Below are positions 12,626-23,949 of a stretch of DNA of 49,888 nucleotides, piece by piece. Source of the stretch: Octopus bimaculoides (lineage: Eukaryota); contig NC_068983.1 in assembly GCF_001194135.2 (NCBI RefSeq), forward strand, positions 49,306,638-49,356,525, in the 5' to 3' direction. Under the pieces are notes generated by a model. It was not told the DNA's origin. It did no database searches and was given only the letters and a program-made list of their open reading frames with translations. Every line of letters begins with the position of its first letter. Position 1 is the stretch's first letter. Position numbers and translations under genes: made by a program.

Positions 12626-13150
12626 TGTTTGTGAGGACACTGAGAATAAGCATCCTACCCCTTGTGCTTTTTTTCTCTCTACGAATTCAGACTTTCAATA
12701 TGCAAAAAATAATCTACTTTTAGACATTTTAATACACTCCTCCTTAACTTATCAATTTTTTTCCCGAAATTTTACGGATACGGTTAAGAGTTATATACGG
12801 ATGCACAAGAGCACAAAACGGGGAGACTGAAACAAATATGGACGACTTGTTCCACTCTATCACCAGTGTGGAGCAATTCGCAAAAATAACCCCCAATTGT
12901 TTTCTCCCAATATTTTATATGCTTGGAATCTACATAGTCCGAGGTATATAGACAATTTCATTAAAACAATATCCATTTTCCTGAAAGTTAAGACGAATTG
13001 AAGTGGACTCTGGTGAATTTTCCGAAAATCCTACCCATTCCCTCCTAAAACATTTTCCCAAAAATGTTTGTATATTCGGAATCTATATGATATAATACAT
13101 ATTCGTAGAAAACTTCATTAAAAAATATCCATTTTTCTGAAAGCTATCAT
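11975..13150. repeat. Long imperfect inverted repeat, arms ~11975-12232 and ~12828-13150, ~600-bp spacer
   Basis: Examples: GAACAAGTCGTCCATATT vs AATATGGACGACTTGTTC; CGGACTGTGTAGATTCCGAGCATATA vs TATATGCTTGGAATCTACATAGTCCG; AACAATTGGGGGTCATTTT vs AAAATAACCCCCAATTGTT. Confidence 0.85.
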
Positions 13151-13194
13151 CATCCGAAATCAGTGGTGGGAGGCGGAAAGCCTGTGGGGAGAGG

Positions 13195-13855
13195 GTACCA
13201 ACTGTCAATGACATCATGATGCATGTGCTCCCAAACATTGCACAAAATTTTAGCAACAGCCAGTGGCTTTGTGAGCGAGCCATCTTAGCTCCACGTAATG
13301 ATGCTGTCAACAAAATCAACTGCGATCTCCTGCAGCTGTTGCCCGGACAACAACAGTCTTTCAACTCCCTCAACACTGTCATTGATCAGGACCAGGCTGT
13401 AGTTTTTCCAACTGAGTTCTTGAACTCTCTACAGTCATCTGGGATGCTACCTCACCACTTAACACTGAAAAAGGTGGCCCCAATCATGCTGTTCAGGAAT
13501 CTGGTTCCACCTCGTCTATGCAATGGCACCAGACTGGTGGTGAAAGCAATGCGACTCCATGTCCTACCGACAACAGTTATGACTGGGAACTATAAGGCTG
13601 AGGACATTTTCATTCCACGGATCCCGTTAATCCCATATGACTTCCCATTTTAATTTAAACGGTTCCAGTTCCCAGTGAAACCAAATTTCGCTATATCAAT
13701 AAACGAGTCTCAAGGACAGTCTCTCAAGGTTATTGGACTCCACCTTGCTTCTCTCATGAGAAGTTATATGTAGGATGTTCGCGAGTTGGAAATCCCCAAA
13801 TTTTTTTCATTTATGCGCCACTCAAAACATCGTATATTTAGAAGCTCTTGATAAT
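13195..13855 (+). pseudogene. Helitron Pif1-like helicase, C-terminal remnant
   Basis: WLCERAILAPRNDAVNKIN...FPTEFLNSL..G..PH.L.LK...LCNGTRLVV...IFIPRIPL*FKRFQFPV..FAISINESQGQSL..LYVGCSRV; internal stop at 13651-13653. Confidence 0.92.
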
Positions 13856-14337
13856 TAAACTGTGATTGATTTCCTGTATTGTTTCAATACCTTTATTTAT
13901 GCTCACGTCATCTGACAGAATGTTTGTTAAATATACTTATTAACAGGAGGGGAGCGCCCGCAGGTCGATTCTTCTCACATTTATGCATTTTCAGGTTCAA
14001 CGGACTTCAAATAACTGACAGTTGAAGGTTATTGCAAAGACAAAGAACTACCTGGTTTTTTAACAATTTTAATAGTGAGAACATCGCATAAAACATGTTA
14101 TTGACATTAATAGTTTGTACCTCAGTTAATTACTGCTGAGAATTGCATAATCCATATTTGATTTGACTAAGAGATTTAAAAGGCATACTTAAATTTCATT
14201 ATTTTCAATAACCGAGAAACACCAGGTTATTAACGTATAAAGTCGGTATCTCAACTACTATGAGGTAACACCTGCGTGGTCTATGTTTCATGTTAGAGAT
14301 CTAAAAGGCACTTTTAAATTTCATTATTTTCTTTAAG

Positions 14338-14365
14338 CCCGGAAAACGCCGGGTATTTCTGCTAG
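14338..14365 (+). mobile_element. Helitron 3' terminus (hairpin CCCGG-AAAACG-CCGGG + CTAG|T)
   Basis: GC hairpin 8 nt upstream of CTAG followed by T, downstream of the helicase remnant. Confidence 0.85.
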
Positions 14366-15823
14366 TTATAAATAAATCAATAAATTGAAATACAACGTTT
14401 TAAAAAACGGTAGGAAACAGTACCATTGAGTTCGATGCATATAGACATACCATATCACTCAGATTTTAAAAGTTCATTGCACCAAACGATTGAACCGGTA
14501 CCGTAACAATCTAAATAAGGGGATGGACTTTAATCATAACTTGCAGTCAAAAAACACAATCATAAATATGAAGAGAATATGTTTCTTACCTACATGTACA
14601 TTTTACAGTGGCACTCTACACACAGAAAACGCGAACACTACATTAACATTTTCTTATATTAATGAGAAGAAAACTAACAGTAATATAAATCTAGTTTTTG
14701 GTCGCAACAGATTATCTAAGTGATGAAGATGTATGCTCAAAAGTAAAGATGTACCAGACATAGAAATAGAACATTTAAAACTCAGACAATGCCAGACCAA
14801 CACGAACAAAAACCAAGAAGGCTATTTTATAAAAATTAAGAACATAAACCTTGAAGATAGCAGAACTTCTCCAATACAAAATAAAATAAATATCAGATCA
14901 CAAAAAGAAACGACCTCAGTCATATCTATTAAGTACTGACTGACCAGCAAATGCCGAACAAAAACATCACAATATATATATATATATATATATATTAGAA
15001 GTAAATATGAGAAAGATTTTAAAATAGAAAAGTCATATATAAAGATATAATTTCTGGGTATATCAGAAAGAATCTGAATGTAGCAATGCTTAAGTAATTG
15101 GAATGTATACAAAATATTCTTACGGAAGAAAAGAATACCTTTTCTTCTACAAATGAAATTTTCCGACAATATAACAAAGACGGTAAAAGAAAACGATCTT
15201 GGTTGATTTCAGGAAAACTGATGCGTGCATCAATACCACAAGGATAAACGAAATGATATATGGAATAGTCATAGCAGATAGAAATGAAAATAGATACTTT
15301 CACTGATTTACTCTTTAATGAATATGAACATCCAAGCAAACAACTCAAAGAAACAGAAAATAGAAAAATAAGTTATTTCTTAATTCTCAATGAAAGGAAT
15401 AACATAAAGACAAAATTGGAAACAGGACATATTCGTAATCCAAGAAAGTCTGAAACAAAAGGTCCTTGATAAATAGCTAATAATTTATTTGGACAAAACA
15501 AGTGGTACAATTATGTAACAACAAAATAATGACTAATGAAACACAAGTGCACAAACTTGGAGATATGCATGAACAGTGATTGTAAAGCTATGGATGGGAA
15601 TATTCGAAGCAGTACGTGCAGCGCATGAGCGATCGTTGGAGATGATATTCATTCAAGAAGCCTAAATTCTTGATGAATGTCAACACATGCAAAATACCAT
15701 GAGGTGATAAAGATTTCCTTCAAAATATTTTGATTCAAAACATTCTAATATAATTTTTTTTTACGTTTATGGTTTTGTTTTGCATTATTATAATATTTCA
15801 GGATAGTCAATATTATTATTATT

Positions 15824-16171
15824 GAGTGAGAGAACAGGGCATACCATCAAAGTGACACTGTGGTAAAATATACGAAGCCCAGTATACCCATCATGACTAC
15901 CCGTCTGATAAGGGTACACCAGGCACATTCATCACAACCATGTGTGCGCGACATGGTGATCTCATATCAAGATAAACAACGCATGACCTTGCAGGCGGGG
16001 CCCAGTTAGAATTTTCTTCAGGTCGAGGAGCCGATCCCGCTCAAAAGGTCCTTGAATAAAGGTTGTTTGAGGATGTCGAAAGGAATACCCATGTTTCCAA
16101 AGGTGAACTATCCAAACCCCAAAGAGTTCTCAACACATGACTATGATGCTCCCCCACTACTTCTGCTCATG
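15824..16171 (-). mobile_element. Repeat family E, 3' portion (broken at 16171)
   Basis: Aligns with 7614-7965; preceded by (ATT)n. Confidence 0.85.
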
Positions 16172-16219
16172 TGCTGGCTTTGCACAACAATTGGAAACCA
16201 TTGTTATTATCGTCTTTCG

Positions 16220-16595
16220 TATTATTATTGGCACTCCGTCGCTTACGACAACGAGGGTTCCAGTTGGTCCGATCAACAGAACAGCCTGCTAATGAAATTA
16301 ACGTGCATGTGACTGAGCACTCCACAGACACGCGTACCCTTAACGTAGTTCTCGGGGGAGATTCAGCATGACACGGAGTGTGGCAAGGTTGGCCCTTTGA
16401 AGTACAGGTACAACAGAAACAAAGAGAGAAATTCGTGGTGAATGAGTACAGCAGGGATCCCCCCCCCCGCCGGAGCCTCGTGGAGCTTTAGGTGATTTCG
16501 CTCAATAAACACTAACAGTTCCCGGTTTGGGAATCGAAACCGCGACCTACGACCGCGAGTCCGCTGTCCTAACCACTGGGCCATTGCACCTCCAC
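16220..16595 (-). mobile_element. SINE family B (tRNA head)
   Basis: Reverse complement aligns with 17086-17471; A box TGGCCCAGTGG, B box GGTTTCGATTCC. Confidence 0.9.
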
Positions 16596-17085
16596 ACTTC
16601 GCTACATATATGTTGAATTAGTTGCAGGAAATTCTGTTTGATTGGACAACTGTATCCTCATCGACAAACGGTGGAGATCCAGCAACATTGTCAATGTACG
16701 TTCTCGATAGGGTAATTTTATGTTATGTTGCAATTATTTTCTTTTTATCATTTTTTTCAAATCTGTTTCATATTTTATAAATATTCTTAATATGATAGAA
16801 GATTAAATGATTAAACGAAGTGGAGTATTCAGTGCTACTACATTTTTGTTGCTATAAGCTCTTATTTCTCCTGTAGAGGAAGCCGTATTGAAAACTAGTG
16901 AAAACAACCGTAAAATTCTGAAAAAGAGCAAGACATTTGTTTACCTGAGGAAAGGCTGCATGCGTGCAAACATTCTAGCATCCTCTATAAAATTATCAAA
17001 ACCAAAAATCTTCATCTCGTAAAAAATTTGTTAATAATCCGAAAATTCTAGGAAAGATTTATAACCCTTCTTTACACGACAGACG

Positions 17086-17471
17086 GTGGAGGCGCAATGG
17101 CCTAGTGGTTAGGGCAGCGGACTCGCGGTCTTAGGATCACGGTTTCGATTCCCAGACCGGGCGTTGTGAGTGTTTATTGAGCGAAAACACCTAAAGCTCC
17201 ACGAGGCTCCGGCAGGGGATGGTGGCGAACCCTGCTGTACTCTTTCACCACAACTTTCTCTCGCTCTTACTTCCTGTTTCTGTTGTGCCTGTAATTCAAA
17301 GGGTCAGCCTTGTCACACTGTGTCACGCTGAATATCCCAGAGAACTACATTAAGGGTATAAGTGTATGTGGAGTGCTCAGCCACTTGCACGTTAATTTCA
17401 CGAGCAAGGCTGTTCCGTTGATCGGATCAACTTGAACCCTCGACATCGTAAGCGACGGAGTGCCAACAACA
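17086..17471 (+). mobile_element. SINE family B, full length, with 12-bp TSD ACACGACAGACG
   Basis: tRNA-like head with A/B boxes and (CAA)n tail; identical 12-mer at 17074-17085 and 17472-17483. Confidence 0.92.
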
Positions 17472-17537
17472 ACACGACAGACGATGATAACAATGGTTTC
17501 CAATTTTTGTGCAAGGCCAGCAATGTCGAGGGAGGGG

Positions 17538-17662
17538 GTATTGAGCAGAATACTTGCTGTAGCCCATCTTTTTATACCAAGTGAAAACAATGTACATCAT
17601 AACACTTCCAATCAATTAAGATCAGAAGACATGAGAGACACTGCCTGATACTGCATCCGGAC

Positions 17663-17666
<4 letters not shown>
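17538..17666 (-). mobile_element. Repeat family E, 5' portion
   Basis: TTGAGCAGAATACTTGCTGTAGCCCATCT... aligns with 8046-8122 and extends beyond it to an (ATT)n tract. Confidence 0.75.
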
Positions 17667-17698
<32 letters not shown>

Positions 17699-18727
17699 CA
17701 GTAGTAGTAGTAGTAGTAGTTGTTGTTGTTGTTGTTGTTACTGTTGCTGCTATTGTAAAATATATCTGTGTAGAATGGCATGAGTGAGAGGTAGGCTGGA
17801 TTCCGGATTGCCTTCAATTTAATCTACATAGGCTACGAGCGTGTGTTTTCATTCTGATATCTCCGTTAGCTAATCTTAGTTCCCTTGTCCTTGAAATCGG
17901 AGGATGCGGTTGGAAAGAAACCTTTTAATTAATAAAGTCGTTGTTCATATAGCATGTGTCATTTGTGGTTATAAGACTTCAGCCCTTCTTGCTTTGTCTT
18001 TCTTGATTTTGAGCTGAAATCAAATCAGAGTCGATGAAATAAGTTGTATATTGAGATTAATGCAATCAACTAGGCATTTCAGAAAATTTGTATCCACGGG
18101 AAAAAAGGAAAATAATTTTGAACTATATTTCAGAAAAAACAAACAAATTCAAAGAAAGAAAAACAAAAGATACAAATAATAACGCAGAAATCAAAACCAC
18201 AAATCTACAGAAACCAAAAGAAACTCAACTTTCACAAAGAACTGCTGCTAAATGTAAAAATGTTCAGAGTAATCAAATTTATTTCGAGTCTTAAAGAAGC
18301 TGAGTTGTAAATTTCATGTGTTAATAAAGTTCAATGATCGATAATTAGATTTACAAAAATGCTGTTTCCTTGTTCACTTCTCTATTTTTCTATAAACAAA
18401 GTTAAACAATTATTCCTTAGCTTTTTCATGTTTATTTTATCTTGAGATTTTTTATATAATTTTATATTTCCGTTGTTGTTTGGAATTAGTTTTCAGTGAT
18501 TTCTTTCTTTAACCAATATCTTCGCGCTTTTGTGCCTAAAGTTTTCGTTGATATTTGATATGTCATTGTCGTTTCAAGATTGGAACAATACGCAGATTAA
18601 CACTCTGTTGTCTGACATTATATGTTTCTATTTAATGTTATTAATAGTCGTTACGATATACCACTCCTGGTCGGATATTTAATGAAAGCACGAATGAAAT
18701 ATTTGTTGGTTAATATTAATTTCAAAT

Positions 18728-19195
18728 AAGGCGGTGAGCTGACGGAATCGTTAGTCCGCTGGGCGAAATGGTTAGCGGTATTTTGTCTGTCTTTTGTTCT
18801 GAGTTCAAATTCCGCCGAGGTCGATTTTGCCTTTCATCTTCCCGTGGTCGATAAACTAAGTATCAGTTGCGTAGTCGGGTCGATCTAAGCGACTGGCCCC
18901 TTCCCCCAAAATTTTGGGCCTTGTGCCTAGAGTAGAAAAGATCATTAATTTCAAATAAGGCGGCAAGATGGCAGAAACGTTAGCACGCCAGGCGAAATGC
19001 TTAGCAGTATTTCGTCTGTTTTTACGTTCTGAGTTCAAATTCCGCCGAGGTCGACTTTGCCTTTCATCCTTTCATGGTCGATAATCTAGATAATCTAAGT
19101 ATCAGGTGCCTACTGGGGTCCATCTAATCGACTGGCCCCCTTCCCAAAAATTTCGAGCCTTGTGCCTAGAGTAGAAAAGAATATTAATTTCAAAT
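18728..19195 (+). mobile_element. Two tandem SINE A copies delimited by three copies of ATTAATTTCAAAT
   Basis: Units 18728-18956 and 18957-19195; 13-mer at 18715-18727, 18944-18956, 19183-19195. Confidence 0.9.
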
Positions 19196-19380
19196 TTCAG
19201 CACAAGGCCAGCAATTTCGGGAGAGGCGACAAATCCATTACATTGACGCCAGTGATCAATTGGTACTTATTTTATCGACCGCGAAAAGAAGAAAGATGAA
19301 GAACACCGATGTTGGTTAATACAAATTTGAAATTAAGGTGGCAAGCTGGCAGAGTCGCTAACGCTCCAGGCAAACTGCTT
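19196..19380. mobile_element. SINE A fragments (minus 3' part ~19196-19300; plus head ~19333-19380)
   Basis: GCACAAGGCCAGCAATTTCGGG...TTTATCGACC; AAGGTGGCAAGCTGGCAGAG. Confidence 0.7.
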
Positions 19381-19433
19381 CAAAAAGAAAACACCTACAG
19401 ACAGGTTTGTATATATCCTGTGGCTCCAATAAT

Positions 19434-19803
19434 AACTAGAAAAGCACTCGGAGAGCGCAGACTTCCGCCAAGCAGCTCATTTCTGAAAATTGCCCAATTT
19501 CCCAAACCAACGTCGGCAAAAACATGACCCCCTTAGCGAGGGTTAAAAAAAATAACACAGCACATAATATTGTAATATTTCATGTAAAGTAAATAAAACA
19601 AATGGAAAAATCCTTCAAGAATCCATAAAAATTTCCGGATCACTACTAAAATTTCATCATCCGTTTCTTGTGTCATTACCAACTTTTTCTATAAGTTTCA
19701 TCAAATACCGTTCACAACTTTTGGAGTTATTTTGCACACAGAGGGACAGACAGACAAACCAACGCCGATGAAAACATAACCTCCTTCCTTAGCGGAAGTA
19801 ATA
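19434..19803 (+). mobile_element. Non-autonomous Helentron (DINE-1/HINE-like)
   Basis: Starts AACTAG; subterminal inverted repeat ACTTCCGCCAAG (19461-19472) / CTTAGCGGAAGT (19788-19799); (GACA)n near the end. Confidence 0.7.
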
Positions 19804-20202
19804 ATTATGAAGCTGAAAGTGTAAGCTGAGTTCTGGATTTCCAAACTCCTTATCAATAGTCCATAGATGTGTTCTTTCTCTTGAATTTTTTTAACCACAT
19901 TGGTATCTAGAGAGTAGCTGATAGCCACAACCAAACAGGCATTTCCCTTTTGGTCTCACACAGCAATATCTGTTCGGTTGTATTCTAACTTGTTCGCTGT
20001 TTTAATTTTAAAGTTCCATTAATATTCTTTTGACCCACCTGTCTCAATATAGTTTAGCTTCGTTTGTAGGTGTTTTGTTTTTTGAAGTATATCTGTGTGA
20101 ACGATGAATACATGTATGTATGTATGTATGCATGCGTGCATGCGCATCTAAAGGTATCTTTACACATAGCTACAGAAAGCTATGTATGTATATATATATA
20201 CG

Positions 20203-20259
<57 letters not shown>

Positions 20260-21454
20260 TATACACATATACATGTATATACGCATACATGTATACATCT
20301 TTATAAACACATATAAAGATACATACATACATATATGTGTGTGTATGTGTATGTGTGTGTGTATGTGTACGAATACATTAACGTACATGTTTGCATACAG
20401 AGACTTATTCATCAATATATATATACAATATCTATACACATATATGCATACACATGTTTGTGGGTATATCATTTATTTGGTTCGCCATTTGTTCTCCCAC
20501 ATTTTTCTGGGTGAAGTTTTGAAGTTTTCAGTGATGTTTTTCAGCATATTTGATATGGAATGTCAAGGCATGTCATGCCATGCTATTTGGTAGAAACGTA
20601 ATGAAGACAGGAACGAACCGTCTATTGTTTGACATTATTGTTTTGGCTATATATACGTACTACCATTTCTTTGGTATAGGTTGGAAGTATAGCTGAGTGA
20701 AGTTCTCTGAAGCTGAACTACTTCAACTAAAAAAAATCAATAGGTTAAGAAAGTGCATTTAGTGAACACATGTTGAGGAATTTCATATGATTATTCAAGT
20801 AAATCCTTCCTTTGTTAGATTTCATTATCAACATTCCACAGCTTTCATATATGCATGTATTATGTGCATTGATGCATGTCAAAGAATATGTTTAGATGTG
20901 TATATGAAAATGCTTCGGTGATATTATTCATGTGTATGAATTCTTTTCCCTGATCAAAAGCACAAATCAAATTTTATGACGGAATGTGTTTTCCGAGGTA
21001 TGATTAGTTCGATGCTTATAATAAAATCGGAGAGAGAAAGCGCCAGTTGATTATCCTATGTTGAAGTAGAATTAGAACTTTTGCGAACAAAATATTTGAG
21101 AGATAGTTTTCATGTATGTGTTACATCATATATCTAAGTCTAATACTTTACTTCTATACCCAGGCATACCAAGTTCTCTTCACACAAACGTTATTAATTC
21201 GACTGAGAATAGCGTCGCATCTCGTTTTCTCTAAAATTTCGAGCGCTCGTCTATGTAAGGGACAACTGGAAAATTTTAGATTTACATTAGGCGACATATT
21301 TGTAGCGGGAGCCATCAATACCATCTCATTAATTACTTTTAAAATATTGTCTCAATATCTAGGATTCATAAATCTGGTTACTCAGTTTTCATGGCCTATA
21401 AGTGGCCGAGATCACAAACTCTTCAACGAAGCACCAATGCGTTTCTGTGTGATA

Positions 21455-21860
21455 TAGGCTACCTTGCTCGGAACCTCGTTCCAGTTCTTCTCCACCAGGA
21501 GATCCGGATCAAACCAGACCCTGAGCAATTTAAATGGTCCCTCGTCCCCTCCAGCGTTTCACGTCGTTAAAGGACGGCATAGAGCTACTTCTCCAGGTGC
21601 CGAGTTGCAAGACCAGTGGCTTTTAATAATTGAAATTTGCACCTGCCGCTGTATTGTATTCTTTTAGAGCAGAGCCATTCAGGTGATCGTTGACAGTGAT
21701 GGTTTCTCAGTTTCCAAGGTTTATACGTGCCTGCGATCGCAACGTCCTGAACGGAACGCTGAAACGTTGCATGATTCAAGGCCAGCAATTTTGGAGAGAC
21801 AAGTCGATTTCTTGGAGGAACAACTCGATTATTTTGAGGGACAAGTCGTAACAAGTCGTA
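21455..21860 (-). mobile_element. Tx1/L1-like LINE RT fragment
   Basis: Minus strand: ALKEYNTAAGANFNY*KPLVLQLGTWRSSSMP..RW..GPFKLLRVWFDPDLLVEKNWNEV, resembling the Tx1 RT end/thumb. The assignment is weaker above ~21700. Confidence 0.6.
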
Positions 21861-21864
21861 ACTT

Positions 21865-21990
21865 AACAAGTAATTTATTTTATCGACCCCAAAGGACTGA
21901 ACGGCAAAGCTGACTTCGACAGGATTTGAACGTAATGAGGAGGAAGTATTGTCATTGAGCATTTTGTCCAATATGCTAACAATTCAACCA
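21865..21990 (-). mobile_element. SINE A fragment
   Basis: TTTATCGACCCCAAAGGA...GGCAAAG..GAC...GATTTGAAC. Confidence 0.6.
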
Positions 21991-22204
21991 GCTCAATCTA
22001 CCATCCAATTGAATGATTTTCACTTATATAACTTATTCATTTTGGAGAAAGGAATTACAGAACCAAACACAACACAATTCTACTTCAGCAAACTATATTG
22101 TAAGATACGTTTAAACAATAATGTAAAATGACCGACGAGTGAGACAATACGACGTAGATAAATCTCTCTGAACATAAATTAAAAAGAACACGGATTTCAT
22201 AATC

Positions 22205-22437
22205 AGTTTTTTTATTGTTTGTTCCGGTCATTAAACTGCGGTCAGGCTGGAGCACTGTTTCGAAGAGGGTAAATGGAACAAATCAATCCCAATACTATTT
22301 TAAAGTTTGTAACTTATTCTGCCGGTCTCAGTTGCCGAACTACTGTCTTATGGGGTCGTATACAAACTAATAACACACAGACATACCACCGACATTCACA
22401 CGCACGCACACATACGTACAAACATATACACATACAA

Positions 22438-22479
<42 letters not shown>

Positions 22480-22840
22480 GCTCACACGATGGGGGTACTG
22501 AAATGTTCCTCGCTTGGAGTAAAAGAAAGTACACGAGGATCAGTGAATTATGATTGTGTTCAAAATATTCCCCTCTCAGATTCAAACACTTATTGCAGCG
22601 GGACTTCAGTTTTTCTAAGCCCTGTAAAAGAACTCGAAAGGTTGGATCTCCGGCCAGGCCTTTTGCGATACCCTTAAAACCAGGAACTTTTAAGCACCCA
22701 CCTCGTATATATTTGGGACAGCTTGAAAGTTTCTTCTACCAAATTCACCCACAAGGCATTGGTTGGCTCAAATCTATAGAAAGCACAGGTCCAAGGTGTC
22801 GCACAGTAGATCGTAACCCGATAACACAGCCATGCACTCC
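22205..22840 (-). mobile_element. Composite SINE D/F (CORE-like head ~22710-22840, internal (CA)/(TA)n, F tail ~22205-22385) with nested MITE
   Basis: Same F-microsatellite-D order as 41721-42168; head contains CCTTGGACCTGTGCTTTCTATAG (antisense reading), CORE-like. Confidence 0.6.
22487..22705. mobile_element. Mariner-derived MITE (~220 bp)
   Basis: Imperfect TIRs CGATGGGGGTACTGAAATGTTCCT / AGGAACTTTTAAGCACCCACCTCG; right end followed by TA; inserted in a (TA)n tract. Confidence 0.75.
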
Positions 22841-23251
22841 TAAAGAGATATAATGGTCATTACTGAAAGGTTTTCACAATCATAGTTGGACACTGAGCCT
22901 AAACAATACAAAGAAAGACAATAATGAGCACAGATCTGGTTGTGTAGCTACAACTTTCGCTTAACAGTGATGTAGTTTTTGGCTTAATTGCATACCACAG
23001 TGTGTGACACAAGTCTTCTCAACCATAGTTTCATGCCGACCAAAGAATTGTAATTAAAATGTGGCACATGCAAACGGAAATGAAATTTTTTATCTGTCAA
23101 AGATACTGTTCCGGTTTTTCGAAGATAGATTTAATGTCATACGATTTAATACCAACATTTCTGTAGTGGAAGGTTTCTCACGTCCGAATGTACTAGAATG
23201 TGTTAAATATGAATTTCTTTACACACTTATATACATATATATATTCCGTAT

Positions 23252-23288
23252 TCTTTCTGTTGAAGAGCGTAGCTCGAAACGTCAAAGA
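23252..23288 (+). ncRNA. Minimal type I hammerhead-ribozyme-like motif (one core substitution, A6U)
   Basis: TCTTT-CTGTTGA-A-GAGC(GTA)GCTC-GAAAC-GTC|AAAGA: stem I 5 bp, stem II 4 bp, palindromic ACGT at stem III, GUC triplet. Lies in a ~130-bp repeat-like segment (23244-23378) flanked by (TA)n. Confidence 0.55.
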
Positions 23289-23539
23289 CTTTCCGTATTC
23301 CCGAGCGTCATACTAATATATCCTTTTTGTTATTTACACCACCTGTCCTCGTCTGTTGTTATTATTTGTATATTCTCCCATATATATATATATATACATA
23401 TATGTATATATATATTTAAACAACTATAATTAAACCTGATCGGCCTGTCAGCAGGGTCACAGTCCTTAAATATGCATGAGAGAGAATGTGTGCGCGTACG
23501 TTTTATATTCACATTGCACATCTACCTATATCCATACCT

Positions 23540-23574
<35 letters not shown>

Positions 23575-23949
23575 TACATACATACATACATACATACATA
23601 CATACATACATACATACATACATACATACATAAGTACGTACGCAAATGCTATGTGGAAAGAAAATTTGTTGATACGTGACAAAAAAAATTTCGATATTTA
23701 TTTCCGACCGATTATCTTAGATACTTCACAGATCTCGTGAGCTATGAAATAACTAAAATAAATACCATGCATGTTTCTAGAGACGATATAATTAGCATCA
23801 TTCATTAGCAGTGCATGACCTCTGTCAAACGACTCAGACAAATAAGGGTGATAATTTAGTATACGAGTTGCAAGAGCAAAAAAAAAAAAAAAATTAAATG
23901 AAAACAAAACCCTCTTGAAAAATGTATTTATTTCAAATTTTTGCCACAA

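Noticed and set aside
14490-15470. A-rich plus-strand ORFs with LVDFRKTD resembling an RT motif
   Set aside because: Only one short, weak motif; cannot support a LINE assignment.
18715-19195. CRISPR-like repeat-spacer pattern (13-bp repeat x3)
   Set aside because: The spacers are ~220-bp SINE copies; eukaryotic context, no cas genes.
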